Shown one piece after another: positions 28,585 to 43,139 of a stretch of 64,000 nucleotides of DNA. The notes under the pieces were generated by a model, which ran no database searches, was not told the origin of the DNA, and worked only from the letters and a program-made list of their open reading frames with translations. The position numbers and the translations under genes are program-made. Position 1 is the first letter of the stretch. Each line of letters begins with the position of its first letter. The stretch comes from Eledone cirrhosa. Its lineage: Eukaryota. Location: NCBI GenBank assembly GCA_964016885.1, contig OZ024750.1, forward strand, positions 54,250,001 to 54,314,000, written 5' to 3'.

Positions 28585-29248
28585 GTAAGAAAAACTACTA
28601 TTAACTTTTGGTAACACTCAGTTCTTCCAATACATCAATAAACCTGTTTTATCTGGTGTAAGGGCTCCTGTGTTTAGAATGTTGCTCAAGCAGAAGAAAA
28701 ATGATGAACTGCAGTGATGTGATGGGAATAGTCAGTGATGAATGTGAAGAGAAATGTAATGAGATGGCTGGGTGATGTGTTGAGGAAGGATGAAAGTGAC
28801 TGGGAGAGAGAAGTGATAGAAATGAATGTGGAAAGTAGACAAAGAAAAACATGACTTGGATGATGGAGGAGGAAATGAAAGCCAAGGAATTGGTGAAGGG
28901 AAGATGTAGAGGATAGGTCAACATCGAGAAGCTTGTCATGGAGTCCACAAAACTTCTGCTTTAACAGGGAAAATGACCTTTTATATAAAGAAGTAAATGT
29001 CACCTATTTCAAACAAATGTTTGTTTTTTCTTTTATTTTATCTGCATTATTGACTTCTAAAACCCGGTAATTTTTATTCACACACAATTCTTCTATGTCT
29101 CTTCAAAGTTAAATAGCTTCTGGTCATTTCAGTCACTGATTGGCTCCATTCCCTTTTTTTTATCATTTTTTAACACCCCCGCCTCCAGTAAAATTTTCTA
29201 ATCAATCTTAATAATGATAATAATTTAATTAATAATTGTGATTTTCAG

Positions 29249-29495
29249 GTGGAAGTTGATCCTGATAGTCAGGCACCGACTGACAAATTAACTACTTTAG
29301 TTGTGAGTTGGTGTCAAAGAGTTGACTCTAGCTCCACTACAGTATCTGAAATAGTAAACCAGAAAGATCCGAAGGTGATGAACGCAATACAGGATGCTAT
29401 TGACACAGCTAATCTAAAGGCAGTATCCAAAGCTGCTAAAGTACAGAAATGGATCATTTTGCTCAAAGATTTCTCAGTATTTGGAGGAGAATTGG
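29249..29495 (+). CDS. ACSBG2: ACSBG-like exon
   Basis: ttcAG / GTgag. Encodes VEVDPDS...KVQKWIILLKDFSVFGGEL; 247 bp, phase 0/1. Confidence 0.94.
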
Positions 29496-29759
29496 GTGAG
29501 TATTTAGTTTCCATGTTTTAACTTTTTGTGAATATATTCAATTAGTTAATGAAGAAAAGAATTTAGTAAAATTTTTAATTGCTTCATTACTAAGATAGTA
29601 ATTTAAGATAAACTGCACACAGTACAGTAAAGTGGTTGGTGTTAGGAAGGGCAAACATCACATCCCACAAATCTCTACCACACTGTATTTATTTGTATCA
29701 ACAGCCCAAACACAACCAAAATATACAGCACTGTGATTACAACATCACAGAGGGATCAG

Positions 29760-30187
29760 AAGGACCGAGATCTTTGGCGCTACGCAGTAATACAGAAGAC
29801 CCGCCTTGCCTAAGTACAAAGCGAAACCTACAGTCAGTCGGCACCTCTTAACCAAAATACATCCTGTCCCACTACCCCCACCCCATCCACACCACCCCTT
29901 TCGATGTAAAGTTATGTTGGTACCACAACATCCAGTCCGAAACAAATGAGGTCATGTAGGTGTCACGACAAAAAAACACAGTCCACGCTGTAATGTGGCT
30001 GTGTAGGTGAGACGGTAAAAACCTCCCAGTCCACACTGTAAACGTGGTTGGTGTTAGGAAGGGCATCCAGCTGTAGAAAACCCGCCAGATAGTCCTGAGC
30101 AAGACAACCAATCTTGCCTCAAATGGGACAATTCCCATCCAGACCCATGCTAGCGTGGAAGATGGACGTTAAACGATGATGATGATG
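29760..30187 (+). mobile_element. RTE 3'-end-only copy (~430 bp)
   Basis: Colinear with 27725-28170; ends in (GAT)n. Confidence 0.88.
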
Positions 30188-31433
30188 ACAACACCACCAC
30201 ACTATAGACCACTGTGATTACATCACAGTGCCCCCCCCCCCCCCCCACACACACACACTACCACACTATATAGACTACTGTGATTACATCATTACAGCCC
30301 ACATATCTCTACTACACTGTATTCACAGGCCAAACAACACTACCAAACTATATATCACTGTGATTTCATTATCACAACCCACACACCATTATCACACTCT
30401 ATCTGTGACTACAACATCACAACCCACACATAACAGTACCAAACTGTATATCTCTCCACCTGTCACAACAGTTCAGATTTTGTTTACAATTTCTCATAAT
30501 TCCTGACACTTCAAATACTAGGTTTGTATTGAAACAAAACAAAATTGAAGGTTTGGATGATCTCTAAAGATCTTTTACATTTGAACAAAATTATTGTAGA
30601 CAGGTAATTATACGGTGGCAGTTGTAGAATTATTGGCATTTTAATAATTTATGTATAAGGATATATAATTTTTTACATCAAACATACTCTTTACCTTTAA
30701 TTAAGCAGAAAAGGACAAGTAGATGAATATTTGTCTGCATAAATACATGTGAATCCATGGTTTTGGTATGCACTGGTATTTCTTATGTGTATCCAGGTTA
30801 GAATAGGTAGACTGTATCTCTGCATGTCCGGAAGAGCATCTAATTAAATGGTAAAGTTGATCTCAGCAGGATTTCAACACAGAACATATCATAAGTAAAT
30901 GCTGCATTTTGTCTGCTGCTCTAACGATTCTGCCAATCAACTGGCCATTATGAAAAATAATAAAACCCTTTATTTGATTTTAATTGGTTTGATATATTTT
31001 CTCTTTTTTCATTCTAAGAAAACAAAACTTTATTCACAATTGTATAAATAACATTACAAATATATAAAATTAAATAGAAATACATATATGAAATCACTTA
31101 GTTATTGCTTGGGGCCTTATAAATATAATACACAAAAATATATAATCAAAGCAAGAGGGAACCCCTCCCCCACAAAAAAAAAAACGGCATCAGTTCACTA
31201 GGTGTGTCAATCGGTTACACATGACATAGGTCAATGGAAATTTTTAGGGCAAGCCAACATGTTCACAGCATTACCAGAGGTGATGGCAAGGCTAAAACAA
31301 CCAGGTACCCTCTTGTGCATCACTTGACATCTCGGTAAGGTGAGCTGCTAACACCAAGAACGTCTTGTTAAAACCTTTATATTAAAAAAAAAACCCTGAA
31401 GTTTTTGTTATTGTTTCTTTGTATTTATTCCAG

Positions 31434-31510
31434 GTCCAACAATGAAAGTAAGACGTCCCATTGTCCATAAGATGTATGCATCACTCATTGATTCTTTTTA
31501 CGGAAACTGA
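31434..31510 (+). CDS. ACSBG2: ACSBG-like terminal coding exon
   Basis: ccAG acceptor. Encodes (G)PTMKVRRPIVHKMYASLIDSFYGN-TGA. The seven exons sum to 1263 bp in one open frame. Confidence 0.93.
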
Positions 31511-31708
31511 TATGAAGTATTCTGCTGCAGTGATCTAGTTTACAATAGCTGAGAGGTTGTTGAAATCCATTACTACTCCTACTATTATAATTACTACTAC
31601 TACAATAATGTTGAAGTACTGTTTAAATCTAAGTAGTTTCTTAGCTGTCTATTCTATCAAATATCTTGCAAATTAGTTCAGTACTCTTTTAATGGGAATA
31701 TGATACAC

Positions 31709-31743
<35 letters not shown>

Positions 31744-32872
31744 CATACATACACACACACATTTGAAAAAGTGTGCTGTATAGCTAACATGCATACGTAC
31801 ATATATGTATATGTACATATATATATGTATTTCCTAACTCGAAGAAAATGGAAGAAAACAACCCTAATACCCACATAGTCCTGCAACATAAAATAACTTT
31901 AGTTAATTTCATTTCATAAAATGTTTTTGAATTTTTACTAAACAAAACAACCAACCAAACTAACTTGTTATTCTACTTCAAACACTGTGTTTGAGGGGGT
32001 GTGTTTCGTCCTTATTATTTTGGCAGCTGTGAAATAGACTTTAGTGAATGTTCCTTGCGGCCCTGGCGCTGCCAACATCACCAGTTGGAGTCGTACCTAT
32101 TACATCGTACTTTGAATTTACAAAGTAACCATATTTGTTTGTTTCGTTTTTTTACCTTTGCTTTCCTTCGTTTTTGTTTTGGGGGATTTTTTTTTTTTTT
32201 TTGTATTATTTACAATGCACTGTGGAATTAAATGACTTAAAACAAAAAAAAATCATAAACTTGTTTTTATTTTTAAGAAATATTAAAAATTACTTTGACC
32301 CTTTCATTGCCATATTTTTAACCTCCCTGTTACAATATTTCTAATAAAATAACAATTTCTATTAGTTAACCTTTTTTATTGTATTTTTGATAAACTACAC
32401 TGTTTCAATTAATTAATGAAGAATTTTGATGGATTTACAAAAATTATTTCACTAAGATAGTAACTTAACATGATTCTTATATACAATTATCTTTGAAGAT
32501 TAAAATTTAAATATAAACCCTTTTCAATGGGTTGTTTCATTGAACAAGTCAGTTTTATGCAAGGTTGATATCAAAAGGGTTAATATGACACTACCTATGA
32601 TTTTTTAATAATTTTGAAAATAAATGAGTCAACTAAAAGTGTTGGTACCAGGAAGAGTATTCACCCATAAAAAATTCCTTCAAAAAGGATTCATTAAGGA
32701 GTATGAACCCTTTCATAGGGCCTGCAGTGTTAAACTCTGCTTTATTATGGAAAAAATGGCCTTAAAATGATTGTTGTTGCTGCTACTCAGTAATATGAGT
32801 TTGTTATTATTTAAACTGGTGTTTGGAGCATAACTTAATCAAGGTTCTTACATAATATTTTGATGTAAGGTT

Positions 32873-32908
<36 letters not shown>

Positions 32909-33493
32909 CCCACTCTAAAACAAACATCTTTCCAAATTCTTGATTTATTTTTTTTACAAAATTATTTTAAAATTATGTGTAGTGTGTTTCATTACAAATA
33001 TGGTAGTGAAAAGGTTAAAGTGCCAGCTGAGGTTGTAATTAGTCTGTTAATTATTGACAATTACTATGCTGGGAAGAGAGTGTAACAGGTGAAGCTAATA
33101 AAAGTTATTATTTGTAATCTATCAGTTCAAGGTTAGTGAGTCAGTCATTATATTGTTAAATAATTCCGTAATTAAATCATCACCGTAATTATCAACATCA
33201 ATGTCATCATTATCATTTGATGTCCATTTTCCCTGCTGGCAATGGACATTCTTCCTTTGCCTGCACCAACTGGTAATAATGGTTTCTTAGGCACAAGGAG
33301 GGGAAAGTTGATTAAATCAATGCCAGGGAATTACTGGTACTTAATTTTATTGACTCCGTAAAGATGAAAGGCAAAGGTGACCTTGGTGGGATTTGAACTC
33401 AGAACATAAAGGGATGAAACTCTATGCTGCAATGCATGTGGTTTGATGTTGTACTGATACTGCCAATCCAGCATCCTACCAACTGGTATTATT

Positions 33494-33680
33494 GGTGGAT
33501 TGGCAGTATCGGTAGAGGGTCGGACGCCATGCTTTCCAGCATAGTTACGTCCCTTTACGATCTGAGTTCAAATCCCGCCGAGCTTGACTTTGCCTTTCAT
33601 CCTTACGGGGTCGATAAAATAAAGTACCAGTAATGAACTGGGTAATTGCTGGCCTTGTGCCTAAAGTAGAAACAATTATT
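33494..33680 (+). mobile_element. tRNA-derived SINE, young copy
   Basis: Nearly identical to 16631-16819. Confidence 0.82.
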
Positions 33681-33706
33681 AAAAACTATATTGGTGCCAC
33701 TTTGTA

Positions 33707-34245
33707 GTGGTAGTGATGGTACTATGATAAAATGCACCCAGCTCACTCTGTAAAGTGGTAGTGATGGTACTATGATAAAATACACCCTGCCCACTCTGTA
33801 AAGTGGTAGTGATGGTACTATGATAAAATGCACCCAGCTCACTCTGTAAAGTGGTAGTGATGGTACTATGATAAAATACACCATGCCCACTCTGTAAAGT
33901 GGTAGTGATGGTACTATGATAAAATGCACCCTGCCCACTCTGTAAAGTGGTAGTGATGGTACTATGATAAAATGCACCCTGCCCACTCTGTAAAGTGGTA
34001 GTGCTAGTGCCACAATGTAATGATCCCAGTGCACTTTTAAGTTAGTACTGGTGCTGCGATAAAATGCACCCAATCTACCTTGTAAAGTGGTCATACTGGT
34101 GCCTTGATAAAATGCACCCAGCTCACTAGTATTAGTGCTATGATGAAAAGCACCTTGTAAGGTGGTAATGCTGGTGCCATGATAAAAACCACCCAGTCCA
34201 CCCTATAAGGTGGTAGTGCTGGTGCCACAATAAAATACTCCAGCT
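33707..34245. repeat. 48-bp minisatellite (6 near-perfect units plus degenerate ones)
   Basis: Unit GTGGTAGTGATGGTACTATGATAAAATGCACCCAGCTCACTCTGTAAA. Its reverse complement aligns with the 51-bp unit. Confidence 0.9.
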
Positions 34246-35203
34246 GTAGAAACCAAACCAAAACAGAACACAAGCAAGCTGTAGTCACCTGTCTATCCTC
34301 AGTATGTCATAGACTATCTAGACATTAAATGGTCATGACAGTGACTTTATCCCACTCTACTTATTTGATGACATTTAAGAAACCTTCATGAAAAAATGGC
34401 TAAAAAAATATCACCCGGATCTTGTATGTGAAGTTGACATCTGGTAGGCTAATATTTTTTTTAATATTCCCTGCTGAAATGGGGAGGGGCTCCTATATAG
34501 ATTATTATGATTGCTCGGTCTGCTAGAAATAGCTAAATTTTCCTCAAACCACACCCTAGTGTGCTAAAGAAAGGAAGCATTGGACAAGGTAATCTTTGAT
34601 ATACAAGTTTACTGGATGGTTACTGCTGGAATGAATTTGATTATATAAGTTTACTCAAGCCTTTTGATACCAATTTGTCACTGGTTCTGTGATACAAAGC
34701 TATTTATATTTATTTGAATCTTTGTTCCAAATACCAGCTTAATAATTAATAATAGAGAAGTTAGTTATCTTACTTAATCTTTCCAAATTCTTGATTGTCT
34801 ATGGCTTTCAAATAATTCTGAAAACAGTCTTTTAATAGAAATTTGGAAAGGAAAGTGTTAAAATAATATAGTATTGTGAAACTAGAGGCAGCTTCAGGCA
34901 CTTTGGTAGGAAAAGGAGTTTCATTAGATTTGTAAGAGTTATCTACCTTCGGTTCTATTAATAAATATCAAAACTACCTTTTTTAATGACTCCATTCTTA
35001 TTTATAATCTCTTTCTCTCTCATTTCATTTCTATAGAATCATCAGGAAATTGATTTCCAGAAAGTCATTTGTTATTAAAACTAAACTTAGAAATGTAAAT
35101 AAAATGGTTTCAGCTGTAGAAATAAATGAAACCCTTTTGATATCAAACCACCTAAAACTGTCCCTTTGTTCTACGATACAAAACTGTTTACATTAAAGTG
35201 TTT

Positions 35204-36190
35204 CATCATCATCATCATCATCAGGTTTAGCGTCCGTGTTCCACGCTTGCATGGGTTTGGACGGGGGTTTTCCCACTTGAGGCAAGAGTGGTTGTCTTGC
35301 TCGCATAGGACTGTCTGGCGGGTTTTCTACAGTTGGATGCCCTTCCTAACACCAACCACATTTACAGTGTGGGGCTGGGAGGTTTTTACCGTGTTGCCTA
35401 CACGGCCACATTACAGCGTGGACTGTCTGGCGGGTTTTCTACAGCTGGATGCCCTTCCTAACACCAACCACATTTGCAGTGTGGGGCTGGGAGGTTTTTA
35501 CCGTGTTGCCTACACGGCCACATTTACAGCGTGGACTGTGTTTTTTTGTCGTGACACCTACACGATCTCATTTGTTTCGGCCTGGATGTTGTGGGACCAA
35601 CATAACTGTACATTGAAAGGGGCGGTGTGGAGGTGGTGGGACGGGGGGGGGGTGTTTTGATAGAGATGCCTACTGACTGTAGTAGGTTTTTACTTTGTAT
35701 TTAGGTAAGGCGGGTCTTCTCTATTACTGAGTACCGCCAAAGGTGTCGGTCCAGTGACATTGTCTTGGAGAGGTGTAAGCGTGTGAGGTCGGAATTTATC
35801 AGCTCGTCCCATGTTTTTCTGGGTCTGCCTACTCCGTGGCTACCGTCTATCTTTATTGCCCTGCACTTTGTTATACAGCTGTCGTCTTTCATGCGCATCA
35901 CGTGACCGTACCAACGTAGCCTTCTCTCGAGTAAACATCTGATCCCTCTTATTTCTAATTTTTTCCTTAGTTCGTTTATGCTTTGCCGTTCACGTATATT
36001 ACTATTGCACATCCAGCGGAGCATGCAAGCTTTGTTCCTCTCTAGTCTGCGTATATCCTCTGCACACAATGCCCAGGTCTCACTGCCATGCAGCATTGCT
36101 GTTCGTATGCAGGCATCGTATAACCTGCCTTTCATTTTTAGGGAGAACCCTCTAGCGGCTAATAGTGGTATAAGCTCTCTGAACTTTTTC
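35204..36190 (-). mobile_element. RTE 3' fragment with a 112-bp internal tandem duplication in the 3' UTR
   Basis: ORF 35701-36135 encodes KGRLYDACIRTAMLHGSETW...GRPRKTW. (CAT)n at 35204. Duplicated UTR block starts at 35308 and 35420. Confidence 0.92.
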
Positions 36191-36299
36191 TGTTTATATT
36201 TAGGATTTGCAACCGACTGTTTTCAGAACTATTTGAAAATCAAAGGCAGTATGTATCATTAAAAATTACAGTAAGGTGCCAAGTGTGTATACTGTCAGC

Positions 36300-37150
36300 T
36301 CTCTTGTTCATTATTTACAGGATTGACATGCACAGCCGGGAAGTATCATGACTGGTGGGTGTAAATTTAGTTGGCTGGAATTTGCAGACATGATGTTACT
36401 TGACAGAAGGTGATCTTCGACTTGCACTTGATAGCTTTGATGTCAAATGCTGCATGGCTGGAATGAAAATCAGTGCTTCAAAAACTGAGACACTAGTCCT
36501 CACAAGGAAGCCTGCATAGTGCACTCTGCATGTAAGTCGAGTTTCACTGAAGCAATCAAAGAATTTTAAGTACCTCAGGGCTGTGTTCACAAGTGGTGGA
36601 AGGCAGGAGGCTGAATTATTTGCAAGAATTGCAAAAGCTGGTTCAGTAATGTACCAGCTTCAGCACTCAGTAATAAGAAGGGAGGTAGGTGTAAAAGCCA
36701 AACTCAGTATCTTCAATTCAGTTTTCGTGCCAACCCTTACCTATGGTCATGAATCTTGAGTAATGACTTAAAAAATACAATTGCAAATACAAGTGACTGA
36801 AATGGGGTTCCTCCAAAGGGTCTTTGGAATAATGTTACTCGATTGAGTGTGTAGCTCGGAGATCAGAGAGTCACTCCAGGTAGAGCCACTACTTCTCCGA
36901 ATTGAGAAATCACAGCTCCGATACTATGGGTGTGTGGTTAGAATGTCTCGGGGGGGGGGGGGGGGGGAGAATTGCTTACAGGCAAAACCTGCTGGCAGGC
37001 GACCCTCAACCCTGAGCAAGATGGTTGGATAACATTCATGAATTGGCTGATCTCGCTTGGGGATCCAGTTGAAGACGGTTGCTTCTGACAGGACCCACTG
37101 AAAGGAGTGTTTGAGGACTCTGCCCCCATGACCCTCTTGGAATAAGAGGG
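36300..37150 (+). mobile_element. Second RTE-clade family (Expander/Rex3-like), decayed
   Basis: Encodes FAD, GMKISASKTE, FKYL, PTLTYGHES and EIRESLQVEPLLLRIEKSQLRYYG. Confidence 0.75.
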
Positions 37151-38284
37151 CAAAGAAGGATTATCCTATAATTTTGATTACATTAAAATTTTGAAGGTGT
37201 GTGGTTTAGTGGTTAGGGAGTTGGAATTGTGAGTTTGACTGGGCGATGTCTTGTGTCTTTGAGAAAGACACTTTATTTCACTTTTTCTGCCAGGATTTGC
37301 AACCAGTAGATAGTATCAGCAATGGAAAGACCAATGGAAACATTGTTTACTTAGTCCGATCGGTAAGTGATTGGTCTGTGATCTTCTCACTTCTTTTAAA
37401 ACTTTATGAAACTTGGGTCTCTTACTGTTACAACCTTCTACGTGATGAAAATTAAATTTAGTTTGAATCTTACCTGTATAATTGTGGTTTTGTAGCTTGT
37501 CTACTTAGTTTGGAAAACCTGATGACACAGCTTCAGACATTAGCAATGTTACCCTTTTGATACCAATCCACCTCTGGTTCTAAGAAACACAACCACTCAT
37601 TGTAAAGGGTTTCTATTTAATTAAAATCTTTCAACATAATTTGAGATAAGAATCTTTTGTTTGTTATAAATACCATCTTAATTAAATAATAATTTTAGTC
37701 AATCGTTCCAAATTTATTAATTTATTCAAATACCCTGGATATGGTAACAAAACTGTTGAGGAATTCAATATATAATTGAGGGAATTTCTAGGGCAAGTAT
37801 GATCCAAAATTTATCAAAATTTATTCACCCCCCCTTGCTTTAGAGTAATATATATTGTTCTTTATTCCAGTGATTCTCAGAGACCTTGATCAATTCCTCC
37901 TCTTGCTGCCACAGTTTCTTCAAGTCCTCCTCCATTTAGAATTGTCTCATGGGCGATCACTTATCAGTGTCTAAAGGTCATCTGATGGTTAAGGAAGCGT
38001 TCTTTAAACCGGCCCTCCAACATATGCATGTTTTGACCTCTTGTTCATTCAGTCAAGTGGATATAACTTCAGGCCAATAGATGACTGCAGGTGTGTTACA
38101 CTGTTGTTGAAGATGGATGCTCTTGCAGAAAGCCAAAATCATGCCAAGTGGGGAAGAGCTGTTTGATTTATCAGTTGTCTTTATGAAACATATTACCTAT
38201 TCCTAATGAAGCATCCTAGACACAGAATTATAGACAAGACAACATATTTATAACTTTATATGTACAATATGCTGCAGTGTGTTT

Positions 38285-38317
<33 letters not shown>

Positions 38318-38347
38318 TGTGATTCCCATGTGTAAATATGTGTAGTG

Positions 38348-38648
38348 CAGTGATTTCCAACCTTTTATGCACCATGCTCTACTCCAATGTCTAAAAAATT
38401 ATGCCCCCCCCCCCCCCCCCCCATATGAAAATAACTATGAGCAACTGCAAAGTGTAAACAAATTAGCATATAGATGGTTTCAGATGCATAACATGTGTGG
38501 AGGAGGTGAGACAGGAGTTTCCAACAGTAACATATACCAAATTTGCCTTGGTGTTAAAAGTAAGATAAAACCTTAAGTTTGTTTTCATTAACATCATTTT
38601 CAAATTGTCCCCCCTGTGGGGGCATGTGCCCCATATTGGTAATCACTG
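38348..38648. mobile_element. hAT-like MITE
   Basis: TIRs CAGTGATTTCCAA / TTGGTAATCACTG; 8-bp target-site duplication (TSD) GTGTAGTG / GTATAGTG. Confidence 0.75.
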
Positions 38649-38829
38649 GTATAGTGTGTCCTGGTGACTAACTGATGTGTGTGTGTCACTCTACAAGAGG
38701 CCTTCTAGGTAGTTACTTAACCTGTTAGAAACACCAACCAAATCTTCCAAATTAATGAAAAGATCGGATGAATGTCTTAGATAGTCTGAATAAATGAGGG
38801 TGTAATCAGACTTGAAACCCCTTTTTAAT

Positions 38830-40370
38830 CATCTGAAAAGTTCCTGTTATATACCTAGCTTTGGGTCAACCCAAACCATCTCCAAGCTGCTCGCTTTGAT
38901 TGGAATAAAGCAGACTGGAACTATTGCTGTACTGAGCTACAACACCCAAACTGGCTTGAATTTTACGACTCTGGAGATGTGAACACTATACTTCAGAGCA
39001 TCCTGAATTTAATATGAACAGCATATGCAACATCAGTACCACATAAGCACAAAAATACATCCCAAAAGTGCAATTCAGGAGATTGCAGCTGTCTGACTTG
39101 TGAACAGGAATACAGACTTCATAGATCAGAGGTTAATAGAAAAAAGTGCAATAGATCATCCAACCATCTTAAGCAGGTGGCAAAAAAGGCAGCGCTTGAA
39201 TTTGAACAGCATGTAGTAACCAACCCTGACAGCAAAGTGTCCTGGAAATATGTACATCCAAAGCAAAGACCTCACCCTCCAGAAACCTCACTCTCTTTGC
39301 AATCCTCACACATGCAGGATTACAGATGATTCCATAGAATACGCAGAACTTATTACTGGATGCTATGCAGGCATTTTAAGTGTTGAAAATCAAAAATCTA
39401 CCATCTCCACCACCTTTGACATTAAATTCTATAATTATTGAATTTACACCCGCAATGCTGCAACACCACCTTAAGAATAAGTGTAACTATGCCTCTCCTG
39501 GTCTTGGTGGCATTACATACTTGCTTCTCAAACACAGTGGGTTCTTTCTTCTGCACCAGCAGTGGAAAACTGCCAGTGTCATTCCTCTGTTCTAAATAGG
39601 TAATCGCACATCACCTGTCAACTATCAGCCAGTCAATATTACTAACTGCATTGTGAAACTGGTCTCCTGTGTCAGAGAAACACTCTGGAACGCTCACAGC
39701 CATATCTGGCCCTTGCAGTTTGGATTTATCCCTAACTCCAGCTGCTGTGGTCAATTTACCAAATCACTGATGGCAGTTCATGGTTGGTTATTATTTATCT
39801 TGACTTTGTTAAAGCTTTTAATTCTGTGTCACACAAACGACTTACAGCAGAACTCTGCAATGGGTGTGAGAGATGATCTTTATAACAGGTTGAAGTCACA
39901 GTCCTGAAGTATGCAGATGACATCAAGCTGTACATTGTGATAAAAAGGACAGATCCTGAACACTATAGATCTTTCCTGCAATCAGACCTAGACACAATGC
40001 AGCAATAGATCACGGACTGGAAACTCAAGCTGGCTGTAGACAAGTGTAGCACCATGCATTTTGGGAGGAAAATCCAGCATTCATATACTCCCTCTGCAAC
40101 ACCAATCTCAAGAAGTCTTCTTGTGAACGTGGCCTGGGCATTATTGTCAATAGCGATTTGCATTGAACAAAATACATCTCTAAAATTGTCTTGGCATCAC
40201 TCAGCTGGAGAGCAGCTGACAAAGGTCTTGCTATCTATTTAAAGCTGTATATAGCTATGGTGTGTCCACACTTAGAATTTGTATCACCCATCTGGAACCC
40301 CTATCTTGCTCAGAATATTGACCTGGAAACTGTTCAGAGATGTGCAACCAAGTGAATACCCTCCATAAGG
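38830..40370 (+). mobile_element. CR1/L2-clade LINE fragment, decayed
   Basis: Strong similarity in the opposite orientation to 19900-20900, including YADDIKLY and HLEF..PIWNPY. Confidence 0.8.
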
Positions 40371-41431
40371 TTATCTACTCCAGTAAATACCACTACATGC
40401 CAACCACTCTTTTAATTTGTTTAGAAGATGTAAAAGAAATGACGATGTAGTAATTGAAACATGACAAATACTTCAGAAACGAGTATCAAGAACGACTTGT
40501 ATTTATTAAAGTAGCTTGTTACAATTTTGGTAGTAAAACGTACCTCGTGCCATGATGTGGTGTAATCCTGAGGTATAAGATAGGATTAGAAAAGGTTTAG
40601 CATCTGTGCTTGGTGCGGTCAGTTCTAGAGCCGTTGGTGAAAAAGAGGTAGATTGTCCTTTGCTCCTTCTTTTATAATCTCTGGAATGGAAGTTCAAGGA
40701 ATATTCTAGAAATTCTATGGGAAGTAACTCTGGCTACTTCCCTTTGTCTAGAGAGCGCTACAAGTTAATCTAACAAATGAAAACTGATTGTGATCCATTT
40801 ATCTGGATCAGGAATATCCCATATATCTAAACCACAATATGACACTCTTTATTTTGGCAGTTTTCTGTACAATTGTTCACAATTAGTACAAACAGTACAT
40901 CGATATAGGAATGAGAGAACTCTGATTTGTTTCAAGAACCTGACAACCTGCCTAGTACCAGTGCCATGATAAAATACACACAGGAAACTTTGTTAAGGGG
41001 TTGGTATTAGGAAAGGCATTCAAATGTCGAAACCTTGCCAAAGCTGAAACATAAGCAAGACATGGCCCCTGGTTAGTCTAGGAGGCAGTAACTCAGATTA
41101 AATACTAGATCTAACAACTTATCCAACCCATGCCAGCATGTTATTATTAGACTAGGGTGATGGATTAGTAGAATAAGTAGAATGTCAGACAACATGCTTT
41201 GCAGCATAGTTACATCTCTTTATGTTCTGAGTTCAAGTCCCGCTGAGGTTAGTTTTCCCTTTCATTCTTATGGGGTCAATAAAATTAAGTACCAGTAATG
41301 TATTGGGGACTTTCTCCTTCCCCCAAATTCTTGGTCTTCTGCCTAAATCAGAAACCATTATTAATCTATTTTCTGTAGTCAAAGAATACGTCCAAATTAC
41401 TAATTCAATTGTATGAGAAGTAGTATTGTAG

Positions 41432-41633
41432 TATGAAGGTTGGTTGAAAAGTTTTTAGGCTGACCAAGACACTCTTATGGAATGACCAAATGAGGTTTAT
41501 TTTTCAACATGGTCCATGGAAAGAAACAATGTAGTTATTAATAAGAAGGGCTGAAATTAATGCATGCAAGATTTCAGAGCTCTAGCATCAATACTTCATA
41601 GTCAGCTGATGAATCTTTTAGCCAACCCTCGTA
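41432..41633. mobile_element. Tc1/mariner-like MITE
   Basis: TA-bounded imperfect TIRs TATGAAGGTTGGTTGAAAAG / CTTTTAGCCAACCCTCGTA. Confidence 0.55.
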
Positions 41634-43139
41634 TTACTCAACTGAAATAGTACTCTTGTTAAATGGCAGTTTATGTCTGGGCATGTTAGGCATCAGTAAG
41701 GTTTGGTCTGTTGTTGCTATAGGAACTGCCCTAGCTTTGCTAGGAAAATACATGGATAGCACTCAATACATAGTTTACTCAACTGAAATATTGCCCCTGT
41801 TATATCATGGTTACAGTCTGGGCAGTGGAGAGGGGATTGGCCAAGTCCGGTATATACATCACACAGCTCACAGCATCTTCAGTACAGAGTAAAAAACCTA
41901 TATATTATTATTTTTGTGTTTTATCTTTATTTTTATTTGTTTTTCGTTGCTGTTCCTTTCACTGACCTTTCTGGAATGTGCTTTCAAACAAAAGAAGAAA
42001 AAACATCCAAACACATTAAAAACACTCCGAGAAGGTAGAAGTAGCAACAACAATCTACTCCAAATGTTTCATCTTATTAGCTAAATATTGTGCAGTTCTC
42101 TCCTCCCCCTCCACTCTCTACCTCCCTTCTCTCTCTTCCCCCTCCACCCCCACTCTCTACTTCCGTACTCTCTCTCCACCACTCTCTTCCCTTCTCCCCC
42201 CACTATACTATTTCCCTTCAACTCCTCCCTCCCTCTTACCACTATCCTGCCATTCCTGCAAGCTTCCTTGCCCTACCTTTATTTTTAAAATTCTATCCCT
42301 AAACAACTCCACTAGAATGGACTTCTGTCAGTTTCAACAAATGAGTGTTCCAGAAATTACTGTACAAGTGGCTGAGCATTCCCCAGATAATTGTATCGTT
42401 AATATAACGTGAGATTCAGTAGGACATGTTTTACAAGGCTTGCCTATTAATTATAGGTTCAATCCATTTGATGGGCTCCCAAATAGTTTGTCTACCCAAT
42501 TTCACTGACAAAGTTTGATCTGAGGATTGTCAAGTGAACCATTCAGCCATTTCTTGGTGTGTCCATTGACTAATGTCATATCCCACCACCACCTGGGGTA
42601 TTCCCCCCACACCAACATCTGTCTTAATCTAAGCCACCTTCACTATATCTCTGCTACACATGACTAAATGGTAAACCAGCTTCTATGCGATTGCTTGACC
42701 TGTAAGAAATAGCAGCCGGATTCAGTCTTTCAAAAAAATAGGACAGTCATCGTCATCATCACCATTGTACATTTGTTTTCCATGTGGCATGGGTTGGACA
42801 TGTCTTTAAAAAATGATTGAGTGTGGTCCACACTGTAAATGTGCTTGGTATTAGGAAGGGCATCCAGCTGTAGAAAATCTGCCAGAGACAATTCTGTATG
42901 AGCGAGACATGGTCACCTGACCAATCTTGGCTAAAGTGTGACAAATCCATCCACCTCATGCTAGCATGGAAGATGGACATTAAACGATGATGATGTGTGT
43001 ATATGTATGTATGTATATATATATATATATATATGCGTGTATGAGGATGTGTATATATGTGTGTATGTGTATGTATATATGTGTGTATGTGTATATATGT
43101 GTGTATGTATATATGTATGTGAATATATATGAGTATATA

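Noticed and set aside
32343-32348. AATAAA as the ACSBG polyadenylation signal
   Set aside because: Plausible, but the hexamer is common in this AT-rich DNA and cannot be supported without transcript data.
40436-40470. Hammerhead-like ATGACGA...GAAAC
   Set aside because: C3 is missing and there is no convincing stem I or stem II. Other CTGATGA hits (~13116, 16263, 37519, 41606) also lack GAAA and stems.
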